Below are positions 45,901 to 58,100 of a stretch of DNA of 64,000 nucleotides, piece after piece. Within the stretch, counting starts at the first letter, position 1. Every line of letters begins with the position of its first letter. The notes under the pieces were generated by a model, which worked only from the letters and a program-made list of their open reading frames with translations, had not been told where the DNA came from and did no database searches. The position numbers were made by a program, and so were the translations under genes. Source of the DNA: Eledone cirrhosa (Eukaryota); contig OZ024744.1 in assembly GCA_964016885.1 (NCBI GenBank), forward strand, positions 133,548,001 to 133,612,000, read 5' to 3'.

Positions 45901-48900
45901 TACTTAAGTTGGGATTAAGTTAAGTGGGGTTAAGTTAAGTTGGGGTTAAGTTAAGTTGGGGTTAAGTTAAGTTGGGGTTAAGTTAGGTTGTGGTTAAATT
46001 AAGTTGGGGGTAAGTTAAGTTGGGGGTAAGTTAAGTTGGGGTTAATTTAAGTTGGGTCTAATTAAGTTGGGGTTAAGTTAAGTTGGGGTTAAGTTAAGTT
46101 GGGGTTGAGTTAATTTGGGGTTAACTTAAGTTGGGGGTACTTAAGTTGGGTTTAAGTTAAGTGGGGTTAAGTTAAGTTGGGGTTAAGTTAAGTTGGGGTT
46201 AAATTAAGTTGGGGGTAAGTTAAGTTGGGGGTAAGTTAAGTTGGGGTTAATTTAAGTTGGGTCAAATTAAGTTGGGGTTAATTTAAGTTGGGGTTAAGTT
46301 AAGTTGGGGTTAAATTAAGTTGGGGTTAAGTTAAGTTGGGGTTAAATTAAGTTGGGGTTAAGTTAAGTTGGGGTTAAGTTAAGTTGGGGTTAAGTTAAGT
46401 TGGGGGTAAGGTAAGTTGGTGGTAGTTAAGTTGGGGGTAAGTTAAGATGGGGTTAAGTTAAGTTGGGGTTAAGTTAATTTGGGGTTAAGTTAGGGTTAAG
46501 TTAAGTTGGGTTGAGTTAAGTTGGGGTTAAATTAAGTTGGGGTTAAGTTAAGTTGGGGTTAGGTTAAGTTGGGGTTAAGTTAAGTTGGGGTTAAGTTAGG
46601 TTGTGGTTAAGTTAAGTTGGGGGTAAGTTAAGTTGGGGGTAAGTTAAGTTGGGGTTAATTTAAGTTGGGTTTAATTAAGTTGGGGTTAAGTTAAGTTGGG
46701 GTTAAGTTAAGTTGGGGTTAAATTAAGTTGGGGTTAAGTTAAGTTGAGGTTAAATTAAGTTGGGGTTAAGTTAAGATGGGGTTAAGTTAAGTTGGGGTTA
46801 AGTTAAGTTGGGGTTAAATTAAGTTGGGGTTAAATTAAGTTGGGGTTAAGTTAAGTTGGGGGTAAGTTAAGTTGGGGGCAAGTTAAGTTGGGGTTAAGTT
46901 AAGTTGGGGTTAAATTAAGTTGGGGTTAAGTTAAGTTGGGGTTATGTTAAGTTGGGGTTATGTTAAGTTGGGGTTAAGTTAAGTTGGGGTTGAGTTAAGT
47001 TGGGGTTGAGTGAAGTTGGGGTTAAGTTAAGTTGGGGTTAATTTATGTTGGGGTTAAGTTAAGTCGGGGTTAAGTTAAGTTGGGGTTGAGTTAAGTTGGG
47101 GTTGAGTTAAGTTGGGGTTGAGTTAATTTAGGTTTAAGTTAAGTTGGGGTTAAGTTAAGTTGGGTTTAAGTTAAGTTGGGGTTAAATTAAGTTGGGGTTA
47201 AGTTAAGTTGGGGGTAAGTTAAGTTGGGGGCAAGTTAAGTTGGGGTTAAGTTAAGTTGGGGTTGAATTAAGTTAGGGTTAAGTTAAGTTGGTGTTAAGTT
47301 AAGTTGGGGTTTATTTAAGTTGGGGTTAATTAAGTTGGGGTTAAGTTAAGTTGGGGTTAAGTTAAGTTGGGTTTATATTAAGTTGGGGTTAAGTTAAGTT
47401 GGGGTTAAGTTAAGTTGGGGTTCAGTTAAGTTGCGGTTAATTTAAGTTGGGGTTAAGTTAAGTTGGGGTTAAGTTAAGTTGGGGTTAAGTTAAGTTGGGG
47501 TTAAGTTAAGTTGGTGTTAAGTTAAGTTGGGGCTAAGTTAAGTTGGGGCTGAGTTAAGTTGGGGCTGAGTTAAGTTGGGGTTAAGTTAAGTTGGGGTTGA
47601 GTTAAGTTGGGGTTAAGTTAAGTTGGGGTTAAGTTAAGTTGGGGTTAAGTTAAGTTAGGGTTTAGTTAAGTTGGGGTTCAGTTAAGTTGGGGTTAAGTTA
47701 AGTTTGGGTTAAGTTGGGGTTAAATTAATTTGGGGTTAAGTTAAGTTGGGGTTTAGTTAAGTTGGGGTTAAGTTAAGTTGGGGTTAATTTAAGTTGGGGT
47801 TAAGTTAAGTTGCGGGTGATTTAAGTTGGGGTTAAGTTAAGTTGGGGTTAAGTTAAGTTGGGGTTAAGTTAAGTTGGGGTTAAGTTAAGTTGGGGGAAAG
47901 TTAAGTTGGGGGTAAGTTAAGTTGGGGGTAAGTTAAGTTGGGGTTAAGTTAAGTTGGGGTTAAGTTAAGTTAGGGTTAAGTTAAGTTGGGGTTGAGTTAA
48001 GTTGGTGTTAATTTAAGTTGGGGTTAAGGCGGGGTTAAGTTGAGTTGGGGTTAAGTTAAGTTGGGGTTAAGTTAAGTTGGGGTTAAGTTAAGTTGGGGGT
48101 ACTTAAGTTGGGTTTAAGTTAAGTGGGGTTAAGTTAAGTTGGGGTTAAGTTAAGTTGGGGTTAAGTTAAGTTGGGGTTAAGTTAGGTTGTGGTTAAGTTA
48201 AGTTGGGGGTAAGTTAAGTTGGGGGTAAGTTAAGTTGGGGTTAATTTAAGTTGGGTCTAATTAAGTTGGGGTTAAGTTAAGTTGGGGTTAAGTTAAGTTG
48301 GGGTTGAGTTAATTTGGGGTTAACTTAAGTTGGGGGTACTTAAGTTGGGTTTAAGTTAAGTGGGGTTAAGTTAAGTTGGGGTTAAGTTAAGTTGGGGTTA
48401 AGTTAAGTTGGGGGTAAGTTAAGTTGGGGGTAAGTTAAGTTGGGGTTAATTTAAGTTGGGTCAAATTAAGTTGGGGTTAATTTAAGTTGGGGTTAAGTTA
48501 AGTTGGGGTTAAATTAAGTTGGGGTTAAGTTAAGTTGGGGTTAAATTAAGTTGGGGTTAAGTTAAGTTGAGGTTAAGTTAAGTTGGGGTTAAGTTAAGTT
48601 GGGGGTAAGTTAAGTTGGTGGTAAGTTAAGTTGGGGGTAAGTTAAGATGGGGTTAAGTTAAGTTGGGGTTAAGTTAATTTGGGGTTAAGTTAGGGTTAAG
48701 TTAAGTTGGGTTGAGTTAAGTTGGGGTTAAATTAAGTTGGGGTTAAGTTAAGTTGGGGTTAAGTTAAGTTGGGGTTAAGTTAAGATGGGGTTAAGTTAAG
48801 TTGGGGTTAAGTTGGGGTTAAGTTAAGTTAGGGTTAAGTTAAGTTGGGGTTAAGTTGAGTTGGGGTTAAGTTAAGTTGCGGTTAATTTAAGTTGGGGTTA

Positions 48901-49150
48901 AGTTAAGTTGGGGTTAAGTTAAGTTGGGGTTAATTTAAGTTGGGGTTAAGTTAAGTTGGGGTTAAGTTAAGTTGGGGTTAAGTTAAGTTGGGGGTAAGTT
49001 AAGTTGGTGGTAAGTTAAGTTGGGGGTAAGTTAAGATGGGGTTAAGTTAAGTTGGGGTTAAGTTAATTTGGGGTTAAGTTAGGGTTAAGTTAAGTTGGGT
49101 TGAGTTAAGTTGGGGTTAAATTAAGTTGGGGTTAAGTTAAGTTGGGGTTA
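40000..49150 (+). repeat. About 4.57-kb tandem duplication (about 40000-44570 and 44570-49150)
   Basis: GCTGAGTGAAG at 40081 and 44652 (offset 4571). TAAGGTAAG marker at 41840 and 46410 (offset 4570). Confidence 0.85.
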
Positions 49151-52100
49151 AGTTAAGTTGGGGTTAAGTTAAGTTGGGGTTAAGTTAGGTTGTGGTTAAG
49201 TTAAGTTGGGGGTAAGTTAAGTTGGGGGTAAGTTAAGTTGGGGTTAATTTAAGTTGGGTCTAATTAAGTTGGGGTTAAGTTAAGTTGGGGTTAAGTTAAG
49301 TTGGGGTTAAATTAAGTTGGGGTTAAGTTAAGTTGAGGTTAAATTAAGTTGGGGTTAAGTTAAGTTGGGGTTAAGTTAAGTTGGGGTTAAGTTAAGATGG
49401 GGTTAAATTAAGTTGGGGTTAAGTTAAGTTGGGGGTAAGTTAAGTTGGGGGCAAGTTAAGTTGGGGTTGAGTTAAGTTGGGGTTAAATTAAGTTGGGGTT
49501 AAGTGAAGTTGGGGTTAAGTTAAGTGTTGGTTATGTTAAGTTGGGGTTAAGTTAAGTTGGGGTTGAGTTAAGTTGGGGTTGAGTGAAGTTGGGGTTAAGT
49601 TAAGTTGGGGTTAATTTATGTTGGGGTTAAGTTAAGTCGGGGTTAAGTTAAGTTGGGGTTGAGTTAAGTTGGGGTTAATTTAAGTTGGGGCTAAGTTAAT
49701 TTGTGGTTAAGTTAAGTTGGGGTTAAGTTAAGTTGGGGTTAAGTTAAGTTGGGGTTGAGTTAAGTTGGGGTTGAGTTAATTTAGGGTTAAGTTAAGTTGG
49801 GGTTAAGTTAAGTTGGGTTTAAGTTAAGTTGGGGTTAAATTAAGTTGGGGGTAAGTTAAGTTGGTGGTAAGTTAAGTTGGGGGTAAGTTAAGATGGGGTT
49901 AAGTTAAGTTGGGGTTAAGTTAATTTGGGGTTAAGTTAGGGTTAAGTTAAGTTGGGTTGAGTTAAGTTGGGGTTAATTTAAATTGGGGTTTAGTTAAGTT
50001 GGGGTTAAGTTAAGTTGGGTTTATATTAAGTTGGGGTTAAGTTAAGTTGGGGTTAAGTTAAGTTGGGGTTCAGTTAAGTTGCGGTTAATTTAAGTTGGGG
50101 TTAATTTAAGTTGGGGTTAAGTTAAGTTGGGGTTAAGTTAAGTTGGTGTTAAGTTAAGTTGGGGCTAAGTTAAGTTGGGGCTGAGTTAAGTTGGGGCTGA
50201 GTTAAGTTGGGGTTAAGTTAAGTTGGGGTTGAGTTAAGTTGGGGTTAAGTTAAGTTGGGGTTAAGTTAAGTTGGGGTTAAGTTAAGTTGGGGTTAAGTTA
50301 AGTTGGGGTCTAGTTAAGTTGGGGTTCAGTTAAGTTGGGGTTAAGTTAAGTTTGGGTTAAGTTGGGGTTAAATTAATTTGGGGTTAAGTTAAGTTGGGGT
50401 TTAGTTAAGTTAGGGTTAAGTTAAGTTGGGGTTAATTTAAGTTGGGGTTAAGTTAAGTTGTGGGTGATTTAAGTTGGGGTTAAGTTAAGTTGGGGTTAAG
50501 TTAAGTTGGGGTTAAGTTAAGTTGGGGTTAAGTTAAGTTGGGGGAAAGTTAAGTTGGGGGTAAGTTAAGTTGGGGGTAAGTTAAGTTGGGGTTAAGTTAA
50601 GTTGGGGTTAAGTTAAGTTAGGGTTAAGTTAAGTTGGGGTTGAGTTAAGTTGGGGTTAAGTTAAGTTGGGGTTAAGTTAAGTTGGGGTTAAGTTAGGTTG
50701 TGGTTAAGTTAAGTTGGGGGTAAGTTAAGTTGGGGGTAAGTTAAGTTGGGGTTAATTTAAGTTGGGTCTAATTAAGTTGGGTTTAAGTTAAGTGGGGTTA
50801 AGTTAAGTTGGGGTTAAGTTAAGTTGGGGTTAAGTTAAGTTGGTGGTAAGTTAAGTTGGGGTTAAATTAAGTTGGGGTTAAGTTAAGTTGGGGTTAAGTT
50901 AAGTGGAGGTTAACTTAAGTTGGGGTTAAGTTAAGTTGGGGTTAAGTTAAGTGGAGGTTAACTTAAGTTGGGGGTAAGTTAAGTTGGTGGTAAGTTAAGT
51001 TGGGGGTAAGTTAAGATGGGGTTAAGTTAAGTTGGGGTTAAGTTAATTTGGGGTTAAGTTAGGGTTAAGTTAAGTTGGGTTGAGTTAAGTTGGGGTTAAA
51101 TTAAGTTGGGGTTAAGTTAAGTTGGTGTTAAGTTAAGTTGGGGTTAAGTTAAGTTGGGGTTAAGTTAAGTTGGGGTTAAGTTAGGTTGTGGTTAAGTTAA
51201 GTTGGGGGTAAGTTAAGTTGGCGGTAAGTTAAGGTGGGGTTTATTTAAGTTGGGTCTAATTAAGTTGGGGTTAAGTTAAGTTGGCGGTAAGTTAAGTTGG
51301 GGTTTATTTAAGTTGGGTCTAATTAAGTTGCGGTTAAGTTAAGTTGGGGTTAAGTTAAGTTGGGGTTAAGTTAAATTGGGGTTAAGTTAAGTTGGGGTTA
51401 AGTTAAGTTGGGGTTAAGTTAAGTTGGGGTTAAGTTAGATTGTGGTTAAGTTAAGTTGGGGTTAAGTTAAGTTGGGGTTAAGTTAAGGCGGGGTTAAGTT
51501 GAGTTGGGGTTAAGTTAAGTTGGGGTTAAGTTAAGTTGGGGGTACTTAAGTTGGGTTTAAGTTAAGTGAGGTTAAGTTAAGTTGGGGTTAAGTTAAGTTG
51601 GGGTTAAGTTAAGTTGGGGTTAAGTTAGGTTGTGGTTAAGTTAAGTTGGGGGTAAGTTAAGTTGGGGGTAAGTTAAGTTGGGGTTAATTTAAGTTGGGTC
51701 TAATTAAGTTGGGGTTAAGTTAAGTTGGGGTTAAGTTAAGTTGGGGTTGAGTTAATTTGGGGTTAACTTAAGTTGGGGGTACTTAAGTTGGGTTTAAGTT
51801 AAGTGGGGTTAAGTTAAGTTGGGGTTAAGTTAAGTTGGGGTTAAGTTAAGTTGGTGGTAAGTTAATTTGGGGGTAAGTTAAGTTGGGGTTAATTTAAGTT
51901 GGGTCAAATTAAGTTGGGGTTAATTTAAGTTGGGGTTAAGTTAAGTTGGGGTTAAATTAAGTTGGGGTTAAGTTAAGTTGGGGTTAAATTAAGTTGGGGT
52001 TAAGTTAAGTTGGGGTTAAGTTAAGTGGAGGTTAACTTAAGTTGGGGTTAAGTTAAGTTGGGGTTAAGTTAAGTTGGGGTTAAGTTAAGTTGGTGTTAAG

Positions 52101-55100
52101 TTAAGTTGTGGCTAAGTTAAGTTGGGGTTTAGTTAAGTTGGGGATAAGTTAAGTTGGGGCTAAGTTAAGTTGGGGTTAAGTTGGGGTTAAGTTAAGTTAG
52201 GTTTAAGTTAAGTTGGGGTTAAGTTAAGTTGGGGGTACTTAAGTTGGGTTTAAGTTAAGTGAGGTTAAGTTAAGTTGGGGTTAAGTTAAGTTGGGGTTAA
52301 GTTAAGTTGGGGTTAAGTTAAGTTGGGGGTAAGTTAAGTTGGGGGTAAGTTAAGTTGGGGTTAATTTAAGTTGGGTCAAATTAAGTTGGGGTTAATTTAA
52401 GTTGGGGTTAAGTTAAGTTGGGGTTAAATTAAGTTGGGGTTAAGTTAAGTTGGGGTTAAATTAAGTTGGGGTTAAGTTAAGTTGGGGTTAAGTTAAGTTG
52501 GGGTTAAGTTAAGTTGGGGGTAAGTTAAGTTGGTGGTAAGTTAAGTTGGGGGTAAGTTAAGATGGGGTTAAGTTAAGTTGGGGTTAAGTTAATTTGGGGT
52601 TAAGTTAGGGTTAAGTTAAGTTGGGTTGAGTTAAGTTGGGGTTAAATTAAGTTGGGGTTAAGTTAAGTTGGGGTTAAGTTAAGTTGGGGTTAAGTTAAGA
52701 TGGGGTTAAGTTAAGTTGGGGTTAAGTTGGGGTTAAGTTAAGTTAGGGTTAAGTTAAGTTGGGGTTAAGTTGAGTTGGGGTTAAGTTAAGTTGCGGTTAA
52801 TTTAAGTTGGGGTTAAGTTAAGTTGGGGTTAAGTTAAGTTGGGGTTAATTTAAGTTGGGGTTAAGTTAAGTTGGGGTTAAGTTAAGTTGGGGTTAAGTTA
52901 AGTTGGGGGTAAGTTAAGTTGGTGGTAAGTTAAGTTGGGGGTAAGTTAAGATGGGGTTAAGTTAAGTTGGGGTTAAGTTAATTTGGGGTTAAGTTAGGGT
53001 TAAGTTAAGTTGGGTTGAGTTAAGTTGGGGTTAAATTAAGTTGGGGTTAAGTTAAGTTGGGGTTAAGTTAAGTTGGGGTTAAGTTGGGGTTAAGTTAAGT
53101 TGGTGTTAAGTTAAGTTGGGGCTAAGTTAAGTTGGGGCTGAGTTAAGTTGGGGCTGAGTGAAGTTGGGGTTAAGTTAAGTTGGGGTTGAGTTAAGTTGGG
53201 GTTAATTTAAGTTGGGGCTAAGTTAATTTGTGGTTAAGTTAAGTTGGGGTTAAGTTAAGTTGGGGTTAAGTTAAGTTGGGGTTGAGTTAAGTTGGGGTTG
53301 AGTTAATTTAGGGTTAAGTTAAGTTGGGGTTAAGTTAAGTTGGGTTTAAGTTAAGTTGGGGTTAAATTAAGTTGGGGTTAAGTTAAGTTGGGGGTAAGTT
53401 AAGTTGGGGGCAAGTTAAGTTGGGGTTAAGTTAAGTTGGGGTTGAATTAAGTTGGGGTTAAGTTAAGTTGGTGTTAAGTTAAGTTGGGGTTTATTTAAGT
53501 TGGGGTTAATTAAGTTGGGGTTAAGTTAAGTTGGGGTTAAGTTAAGTTGGGGTTAATTTAAGTTGGGGTTTAGTTAAGTTGGGGTTAAGTTAAGTTGGGT
53601 TTATATTAAGTTGGGGTTAAGTTAAGTTGGGGTTAAGTTAAGTTGGGGTTCAGTTAAGTTGCGGTTAATTTAAGTTGGGGTTAAGTTAAGTTGGGGTTAA
53701 GTTAAGTTGGGGTTAAGTTAAGTTGGGGTTAAGTTAAGTTGGTGTTAAGTTAAGTTGGGGCTAAGTTAAGTTGGGGCTGAGTTAAGTTGGGGCTGAGTTA
53801 AGTTGGGGTTAAGTTAAGTTGGGGTTGAGTTAAGTTGGGGTTTAGTTAAGTTGGGGTTAAGTTAAGTTGGGGTTAATTTAAGTTGGGGTTAAGTTAAGTT
53901 GCGGGTGATTTAAGTTGAGGTTAAGTTAAGTTGGGGTTAAGTTAAGTTGGGGTTAAGTTAAGTTGGGGTTAAGTTAAGTTGGGGTTAATTTAAGTTGGGG
54001 GAAAGTTAAGTTGGGGGTAAGTTAAGTTGGGGGTAAGTTAAGTTGGGGTTAAGTTAAGTTGGGGTTAAGTTAAGTTAGGGTTAAGTTAAGTTGGGGTTGA
54101 GTTAAGTTGGGGTTAAGTTAAGTTGGGGTTATTTTAAGTTGGGGTTAAGTTAAGTTGCGGTTAAGTTAAGTTGGGGTTAAGTTAAGTTGGGGTTAAGTTA
54201 AATTGGGGTTAAGTTAAGTTGGGGTTAAGTTAAGTTGGGGTTAAGTTAAGTTGGGGTTAAGTTAGATTGTGGTTAAGTTAAGTTGGGGTTAAGTTAAGTT
54301 GGGGTTAAGTTAAGTTGGGGTTAAGTTAAGGCGGGGTTAAGTTGAGTTGGGGTTAAGTTAAGTTGGGGTTAAGTTAAGTTGGGGTTAACTTAAGTTGGGG
54401 GTACTTAAGTTGGGTTTAAGTTAAGTGGGGTTAAGTTAAGTTGGGGTTAAGTTAAGTTGGGGTTAAGTTAAGTTGGGGTTAAGTTAGGTTGTGGTTAAAT
54501 TAAGTTGGGGGTAAGTTAAGTTGGGGGTAAGTTAAGTTGGGGTTAATTTAAGTTGGGTCTAATTAAGTTGGGGTTAAGTTAAGTTGGGGTTAAGTTAAGT
54601 TGGGGTTGAGTTAATTTGGGGTTAACTTAAGTTGGGGGTACTTAAGTTGGGTTTAAGTTAAGTGGGGTTAAGTTAAGTTGGGGTTAAGTTAAGTTGGGGT
54701 TAAATTAAGTTGGGGGTAAGTTAAGTTGGGGGTAAGTTAAGTTGGGGTTAATTTAAGTTGGGTCAAATTAAGTTGGGGTTAATTTAAGTTGGGGTTAAGT
54801 TAAGTTGGGGTTAAATTAAGTTGGGGTTAAGTTAAGTTGGGGTTAAATTAAGTTGGGGTTAAGTTAAGTTGGGGTTAAGTTAAGTTGGGGTTAAGTTAAG
54901 TTGGGGGTAAGGTAAGTTGGTGGTAGTTAAGTTGGGGGTAAGTTAAGATGGGGTTAAGTTAAGTTGGGGTTAAGTTAATTTGGGGTTAAGTTAGGGTTAA
55001 GTTAAGTTGGGTTGAGTTAAGTTGGGGTTAAATTAAGTTGGGGTTAAGTTAAGTTGGGGTTAGGTTAAGTTGGGGTTAAGTTAAGTTGGGGTTAAGTTAG

Positions 55101-58100
55101 GTTGTGGTTAAGTTAAGTTGGGGGTAAGTTAAGTTGGGGGTAAGTTAAGTTGGGGTTAATTTAAGTTGGGTTTAATTAAGTTGGGGTTAAGTTAAGTTGG
55201 GGTTAAGTTAAGTTGGGGTTAAATTAAGTTGGGGTTAAGTTAAGTTGAGGTTAAATTAAGTTGGGGTTAAGTTAAGATGGGGTTAAGTTAAGTTGGGGTT
55301 AAGTTAAGTTGGGGTTAAATTAAGTTGGGGTTAAATTAAGTTGGGGTTAAGTTAAGTTGGGGGTAAGTTAAGTTGGGGGCAAGTTAAGTTGGGGTTAAGT
55401 TAAGTTGGGGTTAAATTAAGTTGGGGTTAAGTTAAGTTGGGGTTATGTTAAGTTGGGGTTATGTTAAGTTGGGGTTAAGTTAAGTTGGGGTTGAGTTAAG
55501 TTGGGGTTGAGTGAAGTTGGGGTTAAGTTAAGTTGGGGTTAATTTATGTTGGGGTTAAGTTAAGTCGGGGTTAAGTTAAGTTGGGGTTGAGTTAAGTTGG
55601 GGTTGAGTTAAGTTGGGGTTGAGTTAATTTAGGTTTAAGTTAAGTTGGGGTTAAGTTAAGTTGGGTTTAAGTTAAGTTGGGGTTAAATTAAGTTGGGGTT
55701 AAGTTAAGTTGGGGGTAAGTTAAGTTGGGGGCAAGTTAAGTTGGGGTTAAGTTAAGTTGGGGTTGAATTAAGTTAGGGTTAAGTTAAGTTGGTGTTAAGT
55801 TAAGTTGGGGTTTATTTAAGTTGGGGTTAATTAAGTTGGGGTTAAGTTAAGTTGGGGTTAAGTTAAGTTGGGTTTATATTAAGTTGGGGTTAAGTTAAGT
55901 TGGGGTTAAGTTAAGTTGGGGTTCAGTTAAGTTGCGGTTAATTTAAGTTGGGGTTAAGTTAAGTTGGGGTTAAGTTAAGTTGGGGTTAAGTTAAGTTGGG
56001 GTTAAGTTAAGTTGGTGTTAAGTTAAGTTGGGGCTAAGTTAAGTTGGGGCTGAGTTAAGTTGGGGCTGAGTTAAGTTGGGGTTAAGTTAAGTTGGGGTTG
56101 AGTTAAGTTGGGGTTAAGTTAAGTTGGGGTTAAGTTAAGTTGGGGTTAAGTTAAGTTAGGGTTTAGTTAAGTTGGGGTTCAGTTAAGTTGGGGTTAAGTT
56201 AAGTTTGGGTTAAGTTGGGGTTAAATTAATTTGGGGTTAAGTTAAGTTGGGGTTTAGTTAAGTTGGGGTTAAGTTAAGTTGGGGTTAATTTAAGTTGGGG
56301 TTAAGTTAAGTTGCGGGTGATTTAAGTTGGGGTTAAGTTAAGTTGGGGTTAAGTTAAGTTGGGGTTAAGTTAAGTTGGGGTTAAGTTAAGTTGGGGGAAA
56401 GTTAAGTTGGGGGTAAGTTAAGTTGGGGGTAAGTTAAGTTGGGGTTAAGTTAAGTTGGGGTTAAGTTAAGTTAGGGTTAAGTTAAGTTGGGGTTGAGTTA
56501 AGTTGGTGTTAATTTAAGTTGGGGTTAAGGCGGGGTTAAGTTGAGTTGGGGTTAAGTTAAGTTGGGGTTAAGTTAAGTTGGGGTTAAGTTAAGTTGGGGG
56601 TACTTAAGTTGGGTTTAAGTTAAGTGGGGTTAAGTTAAGTTGGGGTTAAGTTAAGTTGGGGTTAAGTTAAGTTGGGGTTAAGTTAGGTTGTGGTTAAGTT
56701 AAGTTGGGGGTAAGTTAAGTTGGGGGTAAGTTAAGTTGGGGTTAATTTAAGTTGGGTCTAATTAAGTTGGGGTTAAGTTAAGTTGGGGTTAAGTTAAGTT
56801 TGGGTTGAGTTAATTTGGGGTTAACTTAAGTTGGGGGTACTTAAGTTGGGTTTAAGTTAAGTGGGGTTAAGTTAAGTTGGGGTTAAGTTAAGTTGGGGTT
56901 AAGTTAAGTTGGGGGTAAGTTAAGTTGGGGGTAAGTTAAGTTGGGGTTAATTTAAGTTGGGTCAAATTAAGTTGGGGTTAATTTAAGTTGGGGTTAAGTT
57001 AAGTTGGGGTTAAATTAAGTTGGGGTTAAGTTAAGTTGGGGTTAAATTAAGTTGGGGTTAAGTTAAGTTGAGGTTAAGTTAAGTTGGGGTTAAGTTAAGT
57101 TGGGGGTAAGTTAAGTTGGTGGTAAGTTAAGTTGGGGGTAAGTTAAGATGGGGTTAAGTTAAGTTGGGGTTAAGTTAATTTGGGGTTAAGTTAGGGTTAA
57201 GTTAAGTTGGGTTGAGTTAAGTTGGGGTTAAATTAAGTTGGGGTTAAGTTAAGTTGGGGTTAAGTTAAGTTGGGGTTAAGTTAAGATGGGGTTAAGTTAA
57301 GTTGGGGTTAAGTTGGGGTTAAGTTAAGTTAGGGTTAAGTTAAGTTGGGGTTAAGTTGAGTTGGGGTTAAGTTAAGTTGCGGTTAATTTAAGTTGGGGTT
57401 AAGTTAAGTTGGGGTTAAGTTAAGTTGGGGTTAATTTAAGTTGGGGTTAAGTTAAGTTGGGGTTAAGTTAAGTTGGGGTTAAGTTAAGTTGGGGGTAAGT
57501 TAAGTTGGTGGTAAGTTAAGTTGGGGGTAAGTTAAGATGGGGTTAAGTTAAGTTGGGGTTAAGTTAATTTGGGGTTAAGTTAGGGTTAAGTTAAGTTGGG
57601 TTGAGTTAAGTTGGGGTTAAATTAAGTTGGGGTTAAGTTAAGTTGGGGTTAAGTTAAGTTGGGGTTAAGTTAAGTTGGGGTTAAGTTAGGTTGTGGTTAA
57701 GTTAAGTTGGGGGTAAGTTAAGTTGGGGGTAAGTTAAGTTGGGGTTAATTTAAGTTGGGTCTAATTAAGTTGGGGTTAAGTTAAGTTGGGGTTAAGTTAA
57801 GTTGGGGTTAAATTAAGTTGGGGTTAAGTTAAGTTGAGGTTAAATTAAGTTGGGGTTAAGTTAAGTTGGGGTTAAGTTAAGTTGGGGTTAAGTTAAGATG
57901 GGGTTAAATTAAGTTGGGGTTAAGTTAAGTTGGGGGTAAGTTAAGTTGGGGGCAAGTTAAGTTGGGGTTGAGTTAAGTTGGGGTTAAATTAAGTTGGGGT
58001 TAAGTGAAGTTGGGGTTAAGTTAAGTGTTGGTTATGTTAAGTTGGGGTTAAGTTAAGTTGGGGTTGAGTTAAGTTGGGGTTGAGTGAAGTTGGGGTTAAG